The notes beneath the pieces are model-generated. The model was not told where the DNA came from and did not search any database. It worked only from the letters and a program-made list of their open reading frames with translations. A stretch of 64,000 nucleotides of DNA from Camelus ferus (Eukaryota). The stretch is from positions 63,986,001-64,050,000 of the forward strand of contig NC_045707.1 of the NCBI RefSeq assembly GCF_009834535.1, in the 5' to 3' direction. The stretch's first letter is position 1. Every line of letters starts with the position of its first letter. Positions 26,663 to 40,543 of this stretch are shown one piece after another. A program made the position numbers and the translations under genes.

Positions 26663-26702
<40 letters not shown>
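26663..26702. repeat. (GT)20 microsatellite
   Basis: Perfect GT run. Confidence 0.97.
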
Positions 26703-26706
<4 letters not shown>

Positions 26707-29110
26707 ATCACCTTGAACAACTTGACTCTACCCACTGGGTGAGCCAACCCCACAGCAGAGACACTAGCCAGGGTCTGTGCTACACTCGGCAGCTGGTCCT
26801 CTTGCCCGACTCTTCCCTCCATCCTGCAGTTCACCTCACCTTCGAGTCTCTCTAGACATTTAAAGAATTCTTTTACGTGTCCCAGTCCCCTCTAGGCTGT
26901 CTCTTCCCCCTTATCCCCTCTCCACCTGAAGAACTTGGCTTTGCCTAAGAGGGACCCTTCTGGTGCTTCATTTGAAATTGTTCAGCTTTGCCGCCTTCTG
27001 ATCCCCCTTGGTTTAGTGATTATTTTAACTGCTTCATCACGGTAGGCTGATAGCTCCCACTTCTCCAGTCTGTGCTGCTGGATGACACAGAATGTCTGCC
27101 TGAAAGTCCCTTCAGTTTTGGCTTTCAGACTGAAAAATAAATCAGCTTCCTACTTTCGTAGTTCAGTGGGCACTTGAGAATTCCAGAATCATCTTTTCAC
27201 CTACAGTCAGATAAAAAAGTATTCTTACAGGGGACATTTCCCTTGTCCTTTTCAGACCTGCGCTCCCAGTTTCATTGGTCATGGGTAAAGCACCTGGCCT
27301 CTGCAGAGGGGCACCGAGACTCCAGAGAGATGGTGACATAGGCCTCGTCCAGCAGAATTAAAAGACTGCCCCGTCCAATAGCCACCCACTCATCTTCCCT
27401 CTCTGCTGGGGATCACTGGGCTTAATGCCAGAGGTCCCCTGCTCCAACACAAGCCCCAGTGGTACTTTGGCCACCTGTTTACCTTTGAATCCCTCCTCTC
27501 CTCACAGATTGGAGTCATTGGTATCTATTATTCCCCAGGAAATAATTTTAGCTTCATTTTCATCACTGACTGCAAAGATTTTTCCTGCAACTGCATTGAA
27601 CCAACTACTTCTTTACAGAAGACAGCTACTGAAATTCCTCATGGAAGTCCAACTCTTTTGAATGTATTTTCTGATAGACATTAGCCTATTTTTTTTTAAT
27701 TTTTAAAAAATTTTTATTAAGGCCTATTTTTTAAATCAGCTTTTTTTCTTAGAGTACAATTACTTTTTTCAGTTGTTAATATTAAAAAAAAAACCCCACA
27801 CTTTTGTTGTGTTGAAACGTATTTTTCCCTGAGTGCCTCTGTCCCTGAGGAAAGGCTGGGTTCCCAACCTCCTCTTAGCCCCCACTAAATTCCCATCTCT
27901 CGCCAGCTGCTGTAGCAAGTCAACGGCTCAGACTGGAACTTCTAAGAAGCTACCAAACTGAATTAGCCTTCCATACTCGGGCAAAATTGTGGGGATGGGT
28001 GAGATGAAGAACCAGGAGATAAAAACAATTTAAGCCCAGGATCGCAAATTGTGGGCCACTCATTAAATCCTGTCTGAAGGGAGGACTCCTAAACTTGGGC
28101 CACCCTGGAGATCTGTGTAGTGTCTACACGTACGCTCTACACACATGTGAAAATATGGAACTTCATTCAATCCATAGAATCTTTTATCCATTTGATACCA
28201 AGGATCAGAGATGAAAGTTAAAACCGTTTTACTTGAATCAGTGCTGGGTGATGCCTCATTCATTTCAAGCTCCCTCTTCTTGCTTCTCCTGCTCTTTCCC
28301 CCAGCAGGTACCTTGTTCTCCTTTTGTTTTGAACATTTAAAAAAAATCTTACTTAACGAAAATCATATTTACACTTGTACAGTTTTAGGGCACCTGATGT
28401 AGCGGTTTTGGAGAATAACAACAAGAGGCAACACCTGCATATTTGAAATGCGTGGGTTTAGTGTTGTTAACAACTGCAGCATCATTGCCAACAAACCAGT
28501 AATGCCTAACGTGGAATGCGTGCTTCACAGACGCGGTGCTAGGCATGCAGTGGAGCTCTGCATGCATCATCTTGCCGATCTTCACCACAATCCAGTGAGG
28601 GAAATGTCATTGTTATTGCCATTTTACAGATGAGAAAACAGAGATGCAGAGTAATCTGCTACGGCTATTCAAGAGAGGGCTGTGTCTTCGTCAAAGGATG
28701 TTCTCATTTCTAAAGCATGGATACTAATAACTATTTTACTGTTCGTGATGAGGGTCAAATGAGAAGTTGGGGGTAAAAGTGTTAGAAGCACTTTTTGATA
28801 TATATATATATTTTCTGTCTTGGGAGTTTACAAGCGGTGCAGCCTGCCCCGTTTAGAGGGAAGGACCTCTCTGTCACCACACTCTAAGATCATATCAGAG
28901 GTTGTATCAGCTCCTCTCACTCTCTGTTACACATTTGGTGGCAACTTATATCTTAGGCATGGACAACCTGAGAGTCTTACAAAGAGTCTGGGGGAACAGC
29001 AGAGTGTCCCCCAGAGAGAGAAAATGGTGCAGACTCCCCAAGTGTGCCCTGGCCATGAAGCTGCCCCGGCATGTGCAGGGGCAAGGGGTGTTTGAAGACG
29101 TAGGTTTGCA

Positions 29111-29613
29111 TGTTATTCGGATATAGTATCACCAGCAGAGCACAGGATGCCTGCTAGGGAAAGGGTACTTTGTTACTCACAGTTGCCAAGAGCAAGGGGC
29201 ACATCCGGCCGCGCAGGACCACACGGGTGGTCAGTTAGTAGGAAGAAGGGGAGGGAAGAAGACAGGGGCAAGAGCCTTTACTGTGGTTTCTGGGGGAAAG
29301 TATGGGTAGGCTGAGCAACTTTAGAACTGGCTGGTCTAAGTAACGGCAGCAGGCCCTGGGTGTGAGGGCTGTCCCAGGTCGCCTGGGACCTGGCTCTGGG
29401 GTGATTGGGGCAGGGGGATACTGACCAAGAGGAGAAGAGCCGTGAAGGAGCACGAATAAAGAAGGTGGAGGGTGTGGGCTCTGGGTTGCCTGGTCTGCAG
29501 ATGACAGGTACGTCTGCAAAGTCACCGCTATCTCCAGGGATTAGCTAGCCTCGGGGGAGGCAGTGCCATTTGGGTCGGCAAGGCCCCGAGATAACAAAGC
29601 ATCATAAAATACA
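29111..29613 (-). mobile_element. ERVL solo LTR, MER54/MER74-like
   Basis: Minus strand begins TGTATTTTATGATGCTTTG..CTCGGGGCCTTGCCGACCC..GGCTAGCTAATCCCTGGAGATAG and ends ..AATAACA, giving TG...CA termini over ~500 bp. Confidence 0.75.
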
Positions 29614-32600
29614 GAAAATGAAAAGTGAGGCAAGTGCTGCGACGGCGGTGGGCTCAGCATGGGAGCATCCTTTGATGGGAGCACCAAAGACAGGTCACAG
29701 AAAAGCTTTCCAGAGGTGACGTTTGGAGTAAGGATGGAAGGACTGAGAGAGATTGGCAAAATGAAAAAGTAGAGACCAACACCTGCGAACACCTGGAGAC
29801 ATGGCAACTGTAGGATGTAGTCTGATTTGGCTGGAGAGGAGAGAGCATGGGGGCTGGGGCAAGAGGATGGGCAACAGGAGTTGTAGGCGGGGTATAAGGC
29901 AAGAGAAGATGATTTTGTGGGTTAGACTAAGGAGTTAAACTCTACCACGAAAGCCACAGGAAACCACTGAAGTACTGAATGCGAGGGAGACATCTTGGAC
30001 AAACCTGTGGGGCGGGAGGGAGTGTGTGTGTCTTGGGGGTCTGCACAAACCAAGACAGGAGACCACCACAGCCATCCAGGCAAAAAGTGAGGACAGTCTG
30101 AATGAATACGATTTCAGAGCTAGAGGAGAAAGGGAACAGATATAAGGGACATGAGGCCAGCCTGAATTTGGTCAAATGAAGGTCAAAAATGAAATTTAAA
30201 TGATAATAAACACATGTCTATTGGCTATGAACTGAGATTTGGGAGATTATTTATTCCTCAAGCTAAATCTGACTGTTTCTTTCTGACTTATGCATTTTTA
30301 GGTGATACAGAGAAACTTCATCTGTATTTGCAATGGGCCCAAATCTTAGGTTATGGTTCAGACACATACCTAGAATTGAACATACTGTATGTGTAAGCAA
30401 GAAGATACTCGTCAACACCTAGAAAAGTAACTGGGAGTTTTAGAATTCACTTGAGAAGCTGGCATTGGAGCAAAAAGGTGACAAGGAGCGCTCAGCTGGG
30501 GTTTTCGGAAGACTCGAGTTCCAGTCCCCGTTCTTCCAGTGTGTGATTTGGGGCATGTCATTTACCTCTTATGAGTGTGAACTGCATCATCTGTGAAGAT
30601 GAAGGTTGAATCAGGTGCTCTCCAAGGTCTTTCCTATTTCAAATCCTACGGGTAGACATAGTTTTTGACTCATCAAAAAACCTCTGTAACCCAGCTAAGT
30701 GATTTTAATTGTTTATTTGGGCAATTAGGGTAATGCTCTAGCAATCATGATTAAATTTCAGTTTTGCATTGTGTAATGTGACCTTAGGTATACAAGCTTA
30801 GTCATTCTGGTAATTTGTGGATGAATGATTATCCTTTTAGCTCTTTACAGTAGAACTTACTCTAAATGTAGTCAGCGATTAGCTTGAGCTCTGAACTGGT
30901 TTTATTGTAATTAACATAAATCTACCCAGATGAGCCTTTCCTTTCCCATTATACAATTAACTATGTCCTGAGGAGTTTCTACAGCGAAGGCAAAGGAGGC
31001 TTCCAATCACCATGTAATAGCCATTCGGGACCAGACTTTGTCCACCTATCACTTCTCACGATGATAAGACCCAGGGGAAGTGGACTTGGGGCTGCGAGGC
31101 CAGCAGCTGGAAGGTGGAAGGTGGATCCTTGCTGTCAGTTAATCATGTTGCTAAACCTTTTGAGGTCTTCAAGTGAGATAGGCTTACACCCTGGGAGAAT
31201 CTGGTTTAACTAGGATTTCCTTTTGCTACCCGAGCTTGAAGACTCAATGAAAAAGGATCTTGAACTTCCTCCTGTGCTCGGCTGCCCTGAGCCCCAGCGA
31301 ACAACAGCTGCTGGGAGCTACGGTCACCCACCACAGGGGCAGCCGTGCGGCTTCCCCAAGTGAAAAGCGAAGACCTCAATTTCGGTGCATTTAGAGTTGA
31401 TAACTTTAATCCCAGAGGCTCTTCTTTCTAAACTTCCCCTCATCTTGTAGATTGAAGCCCTGGTGGGGGTGGGAGTGGGGTGGGGGGTGAGGAGAATGGG
31501 GGGGAGTATCTGAGGTAAGGAAACTGCATCCTTTCAATCCTCCTCTGATACTACGGTGGCAGGGAGGGATGGAGAAGGCACAAGGGAGACAGAGGAGAAG
31601 TGTACCGTCTGGGTCGAGTGCCCGGTGGAGGTCTCACTCTCTCTCAGATCTGCCTGTGCTATTTCTTGACTTGCCCGCTTAGCCTTTCCATCTTTGCCAT
31701 TTCCCCCTAGGTTTTACTCCACTGGGCAGTTGACACTATACGTTATAGAGTAGGTCTATGGCCAAATGCACGTCTGCTAAGGATTGTTTTAGTATGAAGA
31801 GAAAATCAAGAAGATTTCTTATTTCAGTCTTTAACTAGGAAACTCCAAACTCATCCTGTAGATTCATTCAACAAACATTGTGAAATAGACACTTCTGTGA
31901 AAGTCTTAATATACACATGATTAAGGAATGTAACTCCTTTGATGGAAATTTTTATTTGGCATTTATAGCCAAATAATTTTCACTGTCTAGGTACGCAAAA
32001 AGTGAAAGGTTAGTTTTCTGCTGACAGATTTAAAGACCAATCGATTATGTAACAGTTCCTTCAAGTACGTGCCTCACAAGAAAATTTATAACCTAAAAAC
32101 TTTAGGCGCCATGTGGTGTTTTGTGTGTCAAACCAATAAACTCATTAAAATAACATTGGGTAAACCCAAACACAACACAATGAAAGTTCTAACACCGCCC
32201 ACGTTAACCAACCAACTTTAAAATAATATCTTTGTTATGTACTAAGGTTAAAAATTCAGCAAATTCTTTATATTTTTTCCACTTGAGGTCATGTGTGGTT
32301 TTCTACTTTCCCGAGAAGTACACTTTTGTGGCTTTTTTGATCAAAGGAAGGTTATTTTTGCAAAGAGACATCTTTTGTAGCAGACCCTGTTCTACTTAAT
32401 CAAGGTTTCAAGAAAAAAAGCATAAAAATATTTACTAGATTTTTTTTTAGTGAAACCTAAAAATTCTTAGATTCTCTTCTTAGTGTCAACTTTGGAAAGG
32501 AAGGCGTGCATGTAATGTTAGCCATCAGTTTGTGTGTGTGTGTGTATTAGAGAAAGAGACAGAGAGACAGAGAAAGAGGCAGAAAAGAAGGTGGAAAGAG

Positions 32601-35600
32601 GAAATAAAGGAATTTGGCTGCAAAATTGAGTAACAGTTTGAAACACTTGGCTTCCAGTTGTGAAAGATGAGCATCACTGGGGAAAAGGCTGGGCTAACAG
32701 GGGACCGCTTGCGGAAAGCTTAATCTCAGCTGGCAGGCTGACGAGGAAGGTCAGCTCGGTGCACGCGTTCTCAGCTGGAGTTGGGCTCCCATTGCCAGGA
32801 CAATTGTCTTCTGCATTTCAGCTTCTGAACCGAACTGAAGGTGCCTTCACAGCCGGCTCCTCAGTCTTGCCCCTTAAAAGGGTTGGCTCTCCACCGCCAC
32901 GCCACGTCAATGTTCCATATCATTTCCACCGAGCTAGTGGCAAAAAGGCTGTTGTTTCTCATTGGGTAATGCATTAGGGTGTGTGTGTGTGTGAGTGTGT
33001 GCATGGGATGGCTTTCCTTCCCCTTGACCATCACAGTCTTTGTTAGATGATGAAATCAAACTCCTTCTAAAGGCAAAGGATAAAATGAACATGGAAAAGT
33101 TGGACATACATTAAAAATGAGACACCTGAAGATGAGGGATTGCTGAATAATTTTAAATCGCTAATGTTCATAGAAAACTAGAGTTGAGTGTGCTGTTTAA
33201 GTGATTTTAGAGATTACATCCCAGTGTATTTTAAATGTTCTAAACATGAGTTCATACTTGAAGACGTGCTCTTTATGCTGAAGATACTTTATAATTAATT
33301 GGTCAGCTGTTAATTTTTCATGTTGATTTTGTAATACAATAAATGATTAACACATAGGTTTACAGCAGCAAATGAATTGAAGGACTGAAGAAACGAAATG
33401 GATAGGTCAGGGAAAGTTCTTCTTTGTTTGAAGGAGAGGATTTTTCTCTGACTTATCCAGATTTCTAATTTATACAGAAGTCTGTATCACTGGCTTAATT
33501 GTTAAACCATGCACAGCTTACAGATAGATCGATAAGTAGATAAAAATTTGAAATAATTCTCTATTCTGAATCAAATAAATGATGTATTAATTTATCTTAT
33601 TGGTTTTAAAGGTGCGTACAAACTTAAAAAGAACTGGCCTATTAAAAAAGTCCACGCCTCTCTGAATTGAGAAATAGGTCCAAAGAATTCAGCTACTTTA
33701 TAATGGCATCTGGTCATAGAAAAAAAAGAAGTTTTATTCCTGACTTGTAAGTTACTAGTCAATTGATCACCCTTCATAATACTTGGGCATTACCACAATT
33801 CAGCTTTGACTTGGAGACAAGAGAAATAGTTTCTGTGGTAGTAGGAAAAAGGATATATGAAAAGGTACCTACTGAATTTAAAATATTGGTCCTAAGCTAT
33901 ATAATATTATTCTCATTATATTGAAAACTAAAAACTGCATTTCCCAGGATTCCTTGAAGAAATATTTCTGGTATTTGAACTTCATAAATTATGTTCTTGA
34001 AAAGAAAAATGTGCTGAACTATTTCGGCACCAATTACAATTACCATGAGGCATAAGTATATATTCGAAGGCTGTTTTTCGTACATTTCTGTAAACTGGCC
34101 CTGAAGATAATTTCAAACAGGCCCCCAAGCATTTTGAGCCATGGAAATATCCTTGGGATAAGCTAACAGGCCCCCAAGTTAGGGATGATAATAGTGTCAG
34201 AATGTTGTGGGGCACATAGCTGAGTAAAAAGGCATAATGCCCCCCACTCAGGAAGAACAACGTAAACGTCAGCTGTTACAAAGACTGTTATTACAATAAT
34301 AAAGTAACTTAGATTTGTAAATCCTGGTGTGTTTGTTAAAATAAACAGCTCATAGCATCATTTAAGCTAAACACAACTAAAATTGTATTTTAAATGGGGT
34401 TGAGCCCTAATTGGGGGATACCAGGACCCTTGTTCTGTTCCCTGCAGACAAGGAGTTCTCATCTATTTTTCTCTGAGCCCTTTTAGCCACTGGGATTTCA
34501 GCAGCTGGTTCAGCCAATTCTAACCAATTCAACATTAAAGTATTTACTGAACATCCCTTACGTGTCAGGCACTGGTGTGGGCATTTGAGAAATAAAGTGG
34601 AACATTTCCTAGCCTGGAGGAGCTCACAGTCTCGTGAGGAAGATAAACCCGGAAGGAAAGAGAGCCCATCGTTTCCTCCTGGAGGATTATTCCATCTGAC
34701 TTTAAGGAAGATGGTTTCACAGACAAGGGTCAGTTCCTCTGTATGCTCTCAAAGTAAATTCCAGTTTCTCCAATCCCAGATTGAAACACTGAGAATAGGG
34801 GTAATATATGAGAAAGGCCTCCTGTTCACAAAGCATCTTTTAAATAGGTACCCTATGAATGCGAACAGCCTATTAAATGTCTTTTAGCATTACTACTAGG
34901 TAACATTATCCCACTTTTTGAAATCAAATGACCGATGTTCTTGTACGTACCAGTTTCAAATAAGGGATTTCCACTGGGTTCAATCAGTGTAACAAAAAAT
35001 TAACTTGAGAGGTGGAAGAAAATGCCAGGGATTTCAAGAATGCTTCCTACCATGTCACCGATGGACAGCAAAATTGATTTTGAAAATTGTGAAAGATTTT
35101 ACAAGAAATTCCATCACACGTGTGGCCTAGGCAATGTCTCCTTTCCCCATAGGTAATGAGTTCCATGGGTGAAACTGAGCATGTGGTTGGCATCTATAAT
35201 GACTGAATAAAACTGCAGATTGAAGCTGACAGATCTGGGAATAAAAGAGTTGTAGCTGGTTGGAACTCATGGGTAGATTTTAACAAACAACGTTCTTCTG
35301 AGACACATCAAAAATAGCCACAGGACCAAATTATCAGCTTGTTTGCTTTGTTAAGTAATATATCAGTTGTGGCTCTAACACCAGTCTGATGCCTCCTTCT
35401 ACTATAAAATGAGACTCTATAAAGGAAAACATTGCAACAGGAGTGAGGAGGTTGAATGTCATAGGAAGGAATTTGCCTTCTTACGAAGAATTCAATTTAC
35501 CAGAAATATCCACTTGTGGGGTGTTTACAAGGAAATGTGCCACTTAGCTTTATTCTAAATTTATTTAAATAACTGAACAAAACCAAAAGAAATGCTTCAC

Positions 35601-38600
35601 AAAATTGCTCAATGCAGTGCTCACTACTGGTTTTCATTTCTATCTTACGGCATGTGATTTCGTTTAATTGGAAACATACTTAAATTTATAGCTAAAATGA
35701 CTTCAGTGTATGAATTCAATAGAAGAAATGTGAAAAAATGCTTTACATAAGTGAGTAGATATTAGGTGTCAGTTGTAAAACTATAAATATTCTGTAATGT
35801 CTTTAATTTTATGATAGTTAAATTGTTTACTTGGGTATTATGTCTATGCTTTTGATGGTTACATGTTTTGGAAATCAAAAACAATCAAATAGCTCAGTTA
35901 AAAACCTAACTTTGAGAAATCAGAGACAAGTTTTGTGTTTCTGAACGTCTTTAAGCACATCCAAGTGGGAACGGTTTCATTATTAAAACATAATTTTCTT
36001 TAACTAAAAAGGTTATTTTTATTATTCCAATCTTCTGACTCATTTGTGATTGCCACCTTTTGTTGCTGATCAGAACTCCTTTACTTTGGAGAAAATGCAA
36101 AAGGAGAAAAAAGGTCTGATTGGAGATCATGCTTATTATAAGTAAAAATTCTTTGTCACACAAACTCTGCTATGCACGTGTTGGATATACTTAATAAAAC
36201 ATTTATTCTAAATCTATGACACAAAATTGTCTGAATCAGACCACTATTTAAAAAAAATCACTCAGACTAATTTAGTCAATTAGTTTCAATAATTGCTCTC
36301 ATAACAAAAACACTACTGAGAAAACTCGGGGATTCTGGAGAAAAAAAAAAAGAACTTCATTAAAATAAAGCCACTGATATCATTACATTTTAAGCGAATT
36401 TTGCAAGTAGACTGTAGAGAAAACTGTACAAATTTTGCAACTGACCTAAAAAATTTTTAAGACTGTTATAACATTTAAGGCTTTTGTAACCATCTCTAAA
36501 GTGCAAAATTTTCCTTTATTTAAAATACTTTGCTTCAAGGGAAGTAGAATAATATTAAATCATTTTCATAGAAGATTCTAAAAATATTCTTTAATTTTGA
36601 AACCATATCTTAAATACTTAGAACACACGTATGACACCAGGGCTATCCTTAATTAGTTATAATTGAGGTTTTTGATTAGTTCTTATTAAAACTGGTTTTA
36701 CTAATTATGCGTAAAATTAAATTTTGTTACAAATTTACATATGGAAAAGTAACCAACTACGTAAAATTAAAAAAAAAAAAAAGTCTTTCTCCCGGTTCCA
36801 TTGGCTCATGTGACATAAATTTGCCTGTGGATGAAAGGTTCATGTCTTTAAGCAATAGCAGGGGAAAACTCCGTTTTCGTTTAAAAATAAAATGGCTGTT
36901 CTAGATCAATAAAGAAAAGTATGTTTGCTATATTAGGGTGTTCATTAGGATTCAGTTTCCTATTTGGATGCCACATGAACTGGATGAGATACATCCTAGT
37001 AGAGGGAGCTTACTTTTAAGACCCTGTTAGCAAAAATGTCTACATTCAATGCATTAAAATAACTTATTACCTATTATAAGATTAGATGCTAGAACAACTT
37101 TGTTTCTGACAGATCACTTGTCATAGGTTTAGATGCATTAAACGTGGTAAACAATTGTCTGCTTTTATGTCTTAACCTTGGTGTGTTCCTTAGTTTCTGC
37201 TGAGTGAACTTTACTAGCCCTTGTTGTAAAACCAGGGCCCATAATCACTAGCAGAGAGAGAGGGGAACCGAGAGAGACAGAGGGGAAGAGGGAGAAAGAG
37301 AGAGAGAGGGGAGATTAAGATTGAAAATTTCCAGTGTTTCTACTATGCATGTTCAGTGGTCCAATTACAGATCCACTGGAGAATGCAGTTCAGTCAGAAA
37401 AGAGAGTTCATATTAATGTTTGCATGGCCTTAAGATTTAGCTTTCCTGGGGAAGAAAGATGCTAAAACTGTGCCTAAAGAGCTCTAGCCTTCTATTCTCT
37501 ACCTACGAGCTGGACTAGCCAGTTATCAGATCGTGGCAACTCTATTTGCCAAATGTGTACAGCTGGAACTCGCCATCATCAATCTGTTTGAAGAAAATGA
37601 AATGCTTGTTCTTTTGTGGCGAGGGGAGGAAGATTAAGAGATAACATTTTGACTCAAAGAAATGGTGATAACCTACTACAAACAATAAAAGATAGCAGTC
37701 TGGCCTTTTCACCCACATCAGTCTTTGCACACTGCAACTTTCTCATCAAAGCTTTAATTACCGCCGGGCCTCGGCAGAGCAGGGCTGTAACTTAGTGTTC
37801 CCTTTCAAGAGCAAAGGGAAGTTATTTCCTAAAATAAGAAAAGCAGTAAAAACACATGCTTATTTATTTGAATAGAGTACATAAAGATGTCTCTCTAATG
37901 GTTTGAATGCACAAGCGAAGGAGGAATGGTGACGTAATTCTAGGTGTAACCAAAAGAGGGCACCATCTCCCCTCAAAGTCGGCATAGAGTTCTTGTGGTT
38001 GGAAGAACAAAATACCAAAAAAAACCAAACCCCTCAGTCGACCGAGGAAGGGCATCCGATGGCCTCTGGCATTTTGTCTTCCACAAGGAGACCCAATTCT
38101 GAAATCGCACGTTACGAAGACCATTAGTCTGATTATTTACTTCAGGACAGATTTCTACACGTAACACTCATATTCCTTGACATGTTAACCATTAGATGCA
38201 AGTCTGTGACATTCACTCGTGACACTTTTCACAGACACTCTGAGTTTCACATTTTCTAGGACCCTGAGAAAATTTCCCCTTGGGCCAGGATACAGGCTGT
38301 CATCAAACAGCTTGAGAGTAAGACGACAGTCAACTTCCTAATGGTATCTTAACTCCAAGGGGTTATCTAGAATGATAGGTAGATAGGGAACAGTGGCAGG
38401 AAGAGCTTCTGAGCACATGGAGGGCGCAGTTAAATGCATTTGAGGTATGTGGGAAATGATTTGAAGCAGGATTTTATGCCAACTTTTAGTAACAGAAGCC
38501 TAACAAATATTCATTCTTTCAAGTGAGAGAGAAAAAAAAAGTCCAGACACTGTTCATAAATTTATTTTCTGTATCCTTCAACAGGTTTTATAACAAATGT

Positions 38601-40331
38601 ACGATTTAAATAGCCAGGTAAGGGTTTGGCGGGCTCACTGTGCTCCCCTCCCTTGTATATGGCCAATTTCTTCAGGGTGATGGGGAAGGAAAGTTCTAGG
38701 CCCTTAAGTGCAATTGCCAAACTGCTCTCAAGAAATTCATGATACAGGAGAACACATGCTTCTTGAATCACGGAGTTTAGCAGTAAAACCAGAGAGACTG
38801 GGGACGAGTATTTGACTTTGTAGTACAGACAGCTGTTTAGGAGGAGGACATGTGAATTCGTAGAGAACGACTCCTTAAGGACAGCAGATTTCCATCATTG
38901 TAAAAATATCAGGACACCAGGCAATAAGTGCAATGGAAGGGAAACGTGGTGGGGAAATAGATAATTTTATAATCCTTTCTGATAAGGAAAGCAGCCAAAA
39001 TAGTTTTGTGGTAGGTGAGGAAAATCTAGCAGGGTAATCCCTCTCTTTCAACGCAAAATCAAAGCAAGTAAAAAAGAATCTTTTTTTCTTCCTCACTCCG
39101 TCTCTAGAAAAAGAATCACTATCTAGTGCAAAGCGTTGTGCAAGCCTCTTCATGTTTCTTGCCTCCAGAAAACAACTAAACAGAGGAAAGACAGTTCACA
39201 AACATCCCAACTCTCTCCTGCCAAGGTACATCAGAGAAGCCGAAACTGGGATTGCGTGGGTTTGGGGTGGGCTCACCGCGGTGCCTCACATGAAAACCTC
39301 AACGGGTGACCTTGTGCCCCCTTTCCCGAGTAGCCCCGACCCTGGTCTCTCTGCCCGAAGGGGGCGAGCCCCAGATTCTCCATAGTGGGAGGGAGAGTTG
39401 TCGCCTTCGTCCCCAAGAATCGAGTTCCCTCTGGGCCACCTCATCCACCCAACCACCTGTTACCCTCCGGGCCTGGATTTTCCAGAGACAAAATTATGAA
39501 AAGAGCCGCTGCCTCGTCTCCGCGGTTGGGGCTTTGTGGGGAGGACCCCTGAGGGATGACAGAGAGCTTCAGGTCTCCACTTGGGTGTTGGCGTCGCTGT
39601 TTACCCGCCCCGCCGCCTTCAGCCCACTTCCCTTTTCCTCCCCGGGAGGAGGAGATGGTTAAAGATTACACCGTGGCTGCGGGCACTTCAAAGGGCGGCT
39701 CGGGCAGCCAAAGGTAAAGATAACGTTCTGGCAGCTCTAATCGGGGTTTGTGGTTGCCACACTTAAATCACTTCATTAAAAAAAAATAAAAGAGAAAGAA
39801 GCAAATAATAGCAAAAGTCTACATCACGCGACCGTGCAAGGGATGCAGAGTAAGGTCTTTTGGGGCTGGACAAGTCGGAATTCTCCTTTGGGGAAACTTT
39901 TCACAGCCCATCTCTTCGTGGAACGCGACAGGACAGGACGCGGAGGGGAGGCTGGGGCAGGGACCAACTGGGCAGGCCGCCCTTGGGTTCCAGGCTCAGC
40001 GACCCAAATGCCTGCGTTGGAGGCAACTGCGTGCACTCGGAGGAATTCGCGCTGCGACCTGCCTAGAGCTGGACCGCGAAGCTGCGGCGCGCCAGCGCTT
40101 TCCCGGGGTTGCCCTTGAAGTCGAGTCTCTGCGGGCCCAGAAAGTGCGGGCCCGTGCTCCCCTGAGACACGTGCGTTTCCCAGGGGCCCAAACACGCCTG
40201 GCCAAGCCGCCCTTTGCAAACTCTCCCGCCCCCTCCGGAGCAAGCGGGAGCCGAGGAGCCCCCACCTGGGGCCAGCCTCCCTCCCTCCCTCCCTCGGCCC
40301 CCTTCCCAGAGAGGAGCGGGGGCGCACTTAC

Positions 40332-40543
40332 AGGTAGGAGGTGAAGACGCTGAGGTTGGAGGGCAGCTCCGAAAGCCCCAGGTCCGAACAGTCCACCCTG
40401 AGCAGCATCCTGCCGTCCGGCTCGCACTGACAGTGAGCGGGGCAGCCCCGCAGCAGCGCACCCTGCCTGGGCGAGCCGCCCCCGGCCGCCAGCTGCAGCA
40501 GGACGGGCAAGGACAGGAGCACGCCGACCGAGGCGGTGTCCAT
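40332..40543 (-). CDS. LGR5: LGR5 coding exon 1 (signal peptide + LRRNT of leucine-rich repeat GPCR 5, R-spondin receptor)
   Basis: Translation MDTASVGVLLSLPVLLQLAAGGGSPRQGALLRGCPAHCQCEPDGRMLLRVDCSDLGLSELPSNLSVFTSYL matches the known LGR5 N-terminus. Strong Kozak context (ggcaccATGG). Ends at canonical donor CCT/GTAAGT, with the intron starting at 40331. 212 nt, phase 2. Confidence 0.98.

Larger units (their letters stand above)
1..40331 (-). other. LGR5: LGR5 intron 1 (partial; continues beyond the window start)
   Basis: Begins with GTAAGT on the minus strand at 40331. No ~72-nt LRR exon 2 (DLSMNNISQL...) was found by eye. LGR5 intron 1 is known to be long in mammals. Confidence 0.8.

Noticed and set aside
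40328..40331. Stop codon ending the 71-aa ORF
   Set aside because: The TAA is part of the GTAAGT splice donor, so this is not a truncated LGR5.
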